Shown here one piece after another: positions 47,690-50,027 of a DNA stretch of 50,027 nucleotides. Position 1 is the first letter of the stretch. Every line of letters starts with the position of its first letter. The position numbers and the translations under genes were made by a program. This DNA is from Chiloscyllium plagiosum (lineage: Eukaryota). The stretch lies in the NCBI RefSeq assembly GCF_004010195.1, contig NW_025215112.1, positions 7,903 to 57,929 of the forward strand. Direction: 5' to 3'. The notes beneath the pieces were generated by a model, which worked only from the letters and a program-made list of their open reading frames with translations, was not told the DNA's origin and searched no databases.

Positions 47690-49070
47690 TTGGATTAAAG
47701 TCTGAAAGGAGGATCAAGGGAACTATAGAAATGTCGGTCTGAAATCTGCAATGCGTAAATTGTTGGAGGTGGTTCTGAAGTATGGGACTTGCATGCATTT
47801 GGCGATGCAAACATTTATTAGGAATAGTCAACATGGTTTTGTGCGAAGAAAATTGTGTCTCACGAACTTGATTTTTTAATGAAATAATCAAAAAGATTGA
47901 TGGGAACAGAGTAGTAGGTGGTTGTTTACTTGGACTTCAGGAAAACCTTTAACAAACTTCCACGTGGTTGACAAATTCGCACCGTTATGTCATATGGGAT
48001 TCAGAAGGAGCTTGTCGGTTGGATGAAAATTGTTTGTGTGTGTGTGTGTGTGTGTGAAAGAGTATGTTGATGCAGTATTATTTTTCAGACCGGAAGACTG
48101 TGAATGTACCAATGGTATCAATGCTATACCACTATTGTGTATAATTTATAACTGATTCGGATGAGAATATCGAAGTCACGGTTTGTGAGTCTGCAGATGA
48201 CATCAAAATAGTGTGTAATGCAAACCATGAAGGACCTTAACATGCATGACAAAGAGATCTCGATCAATTTGGCCAATCAGGTGTTGAATCGCAGATGGAG
48301 TATAATGTGGATAAATATAAGATATTTCGTTTTGGTAGGGCGTATTGATAGTAGGATCACGGGTAATTTTGATGAATAGACAAATCTCGGGGTTCAGATA
48401 GACAATTCTTTGAACTTGCATCACACGTAGACAGGGTGGTTAAGAAGGCGACTAGCACGTTTTCCTTCACTACTTGGACAATTCAGTTTTGGAATTGGTG
48501 CGTCATGCTGAAGCTATACATGACATTGATGATGCCTCTCCTGTGTAATTGCGTGCATTTAAGTTTTCCCTATCATCGGAAAAATAATTTTAAACTGCAG
48601 ATGTTTCAGAAAAGCTTTAAACAGTATGTTACCTAGAATGGAAATTTTCAGAAACAAAATTGTGTTGAAAAAACAGGTTTGAAAAAATCAAATCTTTCCA
48701 TTGGTTGAGGGGTAGCAGTTTTGTGTTTCATAAAATCATGAGGGACACAGATAAGGTGGATTGAAATGATCTTTTTTTCTGTGGTGAGGGAGTTCAAAAC
48801 CAGAGGATATATATTTTACGGTGAGAGGCCAAAGAGTTAAAAATGACATGAGGGACAACTTTTGTAACACAGAGTGGCTTCATATCTGGAACTAATCAGA
48901 GAATGTGGAGAATGCCGGTGTAGTTGTAACGTTTAAAAGTCATTCCGTTTACTTCGGGAAAAGGAACGTTTAGGACAGATATGGGTCAAGTACGGCAGGA
49001 GGGACTTTTAGTTTTGGAACATAGACTGGTTGGATACAAGACACTGTTTTTGTGTTGCGTGTCGATAACT
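47690..49070 (+). mobile_element. CR1/HER1 LINE 3' portion (RT to tail), degraded
   Basis: Peptide remnants SQHGFVRRKLCLTNL, CLLGLQENL (frameshifted YLDF.K.F region), SADDIK and VKKATSTFSF...VMLKLYMTL. Confidence 0.85.
48035..48056. repeat. (TG)n microsatellite
   Basis: Run of tg dinucleotides read directly. Confidence 0.9.
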
Positions 49071-50027
49071 TGACAACAATATGACATCGTGGTAGTCTGT
49101 CAAAAGAGAGGTTAGTCTCTGCACAAGTACACTTTGTCCCCCATTCCCTGGTTGGTGCATGGAGAGCGGGAAGTTTATTGTGGACAGTTGAAGATACAGA
49201 GTGGGCTTTGTGTACACTGTGTATGAAATGGTGGAACCATAGAGTCCGCAGTTTAAGGGGGTGAAGCTACATAGCGGAGGGCAATTAGGCAGGAGTCATT
49301 GACTGGCAGGATGCTGAATTTTGAAGGCAGCAAATCCTAAAGGGGTAGGCATGTGCAAAACTGGATGAGAAGACAGTTTTAGGATTGAAAGACTCAAATA
49401 GGGAAAGAGCAAAATGTGAGAAGAAGAACAAAAGCAAGAGAGTGGGAAAGAATAGACAAAAATGAAGGAAGGACAGTTCAGAGTGAACAAAAGACGCAAG
49501 TGGAGGATGTCACTAAGGGAGAGAATGAGAAAGAAATGGAGTGTGTGAGAGATTGAGGGACAAAGACAGTTAGAAAGTGGAGGCTGCCAGTAAGGGAGAG
49601 AAAGAGGAAGAGACGGAGAGCAAAACGAGGAAATATCACACGGTCACAAATTGGGCTTAAAGAAATTCATGACAAGGTTAAAGAGTTAATACTTATTTTT
49701 TTTCCAGTTGGTTTCGGCTCTCTCGTTGATCTCACATTCCGTCTGTCGCATTAGGGACAGACCCTTCTCCAAGGCATGGCTTTAAGAACGGCTCGGTCAG
49801 GGAGAGGGTGAGTTTAATTGATCAAAACTGGGATTGAAATTCAAACACTAACCACAGCCTCAGACACAGAGACAGACAGAAACTTCGCCCGCTTAGTTCA
49901 CACAGTGAAAGGGAAGAGGGCTATGGAATGGTCCTGGAATGCAGCAGAGCCAGAGTCATCTCTGTGGGTTTCGAGGTGGGAGGGAGCGAGTTAGGATGTT
50001 GGGAGAAAGCAGCAGGGAAATAGTTTA

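Noticed and set aside
49070..49400. Possible env-like coding fragment near the window end
   Set aside because: No diagnostic motif could be established by eye.

Overview
Eukaryotic, repeat-dense DNA, most likely from a shark or other elasmobranch (inferred from HE1-type SINEs with CR1/HER1 LINEs), with three N-gaps. I find no intact protein-coding gene. The window contains: (i) two decayed, related class-I (epsilon/fish-type) endogenous retroviruses on opposite strands (ERV-A ~21115-28780 +; ERV-B ~38562-45660 -), of which only ERV-B has a degenerate 2H-phosphoesterase-like domain between protease and RT; (ii) a nest of Penelope-like elements (PLEs), including a 3.5-kb TSD-flanked composite with ~480-bp terminal inverted repeats and several tiny palindromic PLE-tail insertions, which together carry three sequence families of minimal hammerhead-ribozyme motifs; (iii) at least 10 decayed tRNA genes (Arg x3, Glu x3, Thr, Pro, Trp, Ser), some in a repeated Glu(+)/Arg(-) cassette; (iv) a C2H2 zinc-finger relic; (v) a ~2.8-kb satellite with a 43-bp unit; (vi) SINEs, CR1 fragments and local tandem duplications. 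All calls come from manual reading and motif recognition, and the boundaries of decayed elements are approximate.
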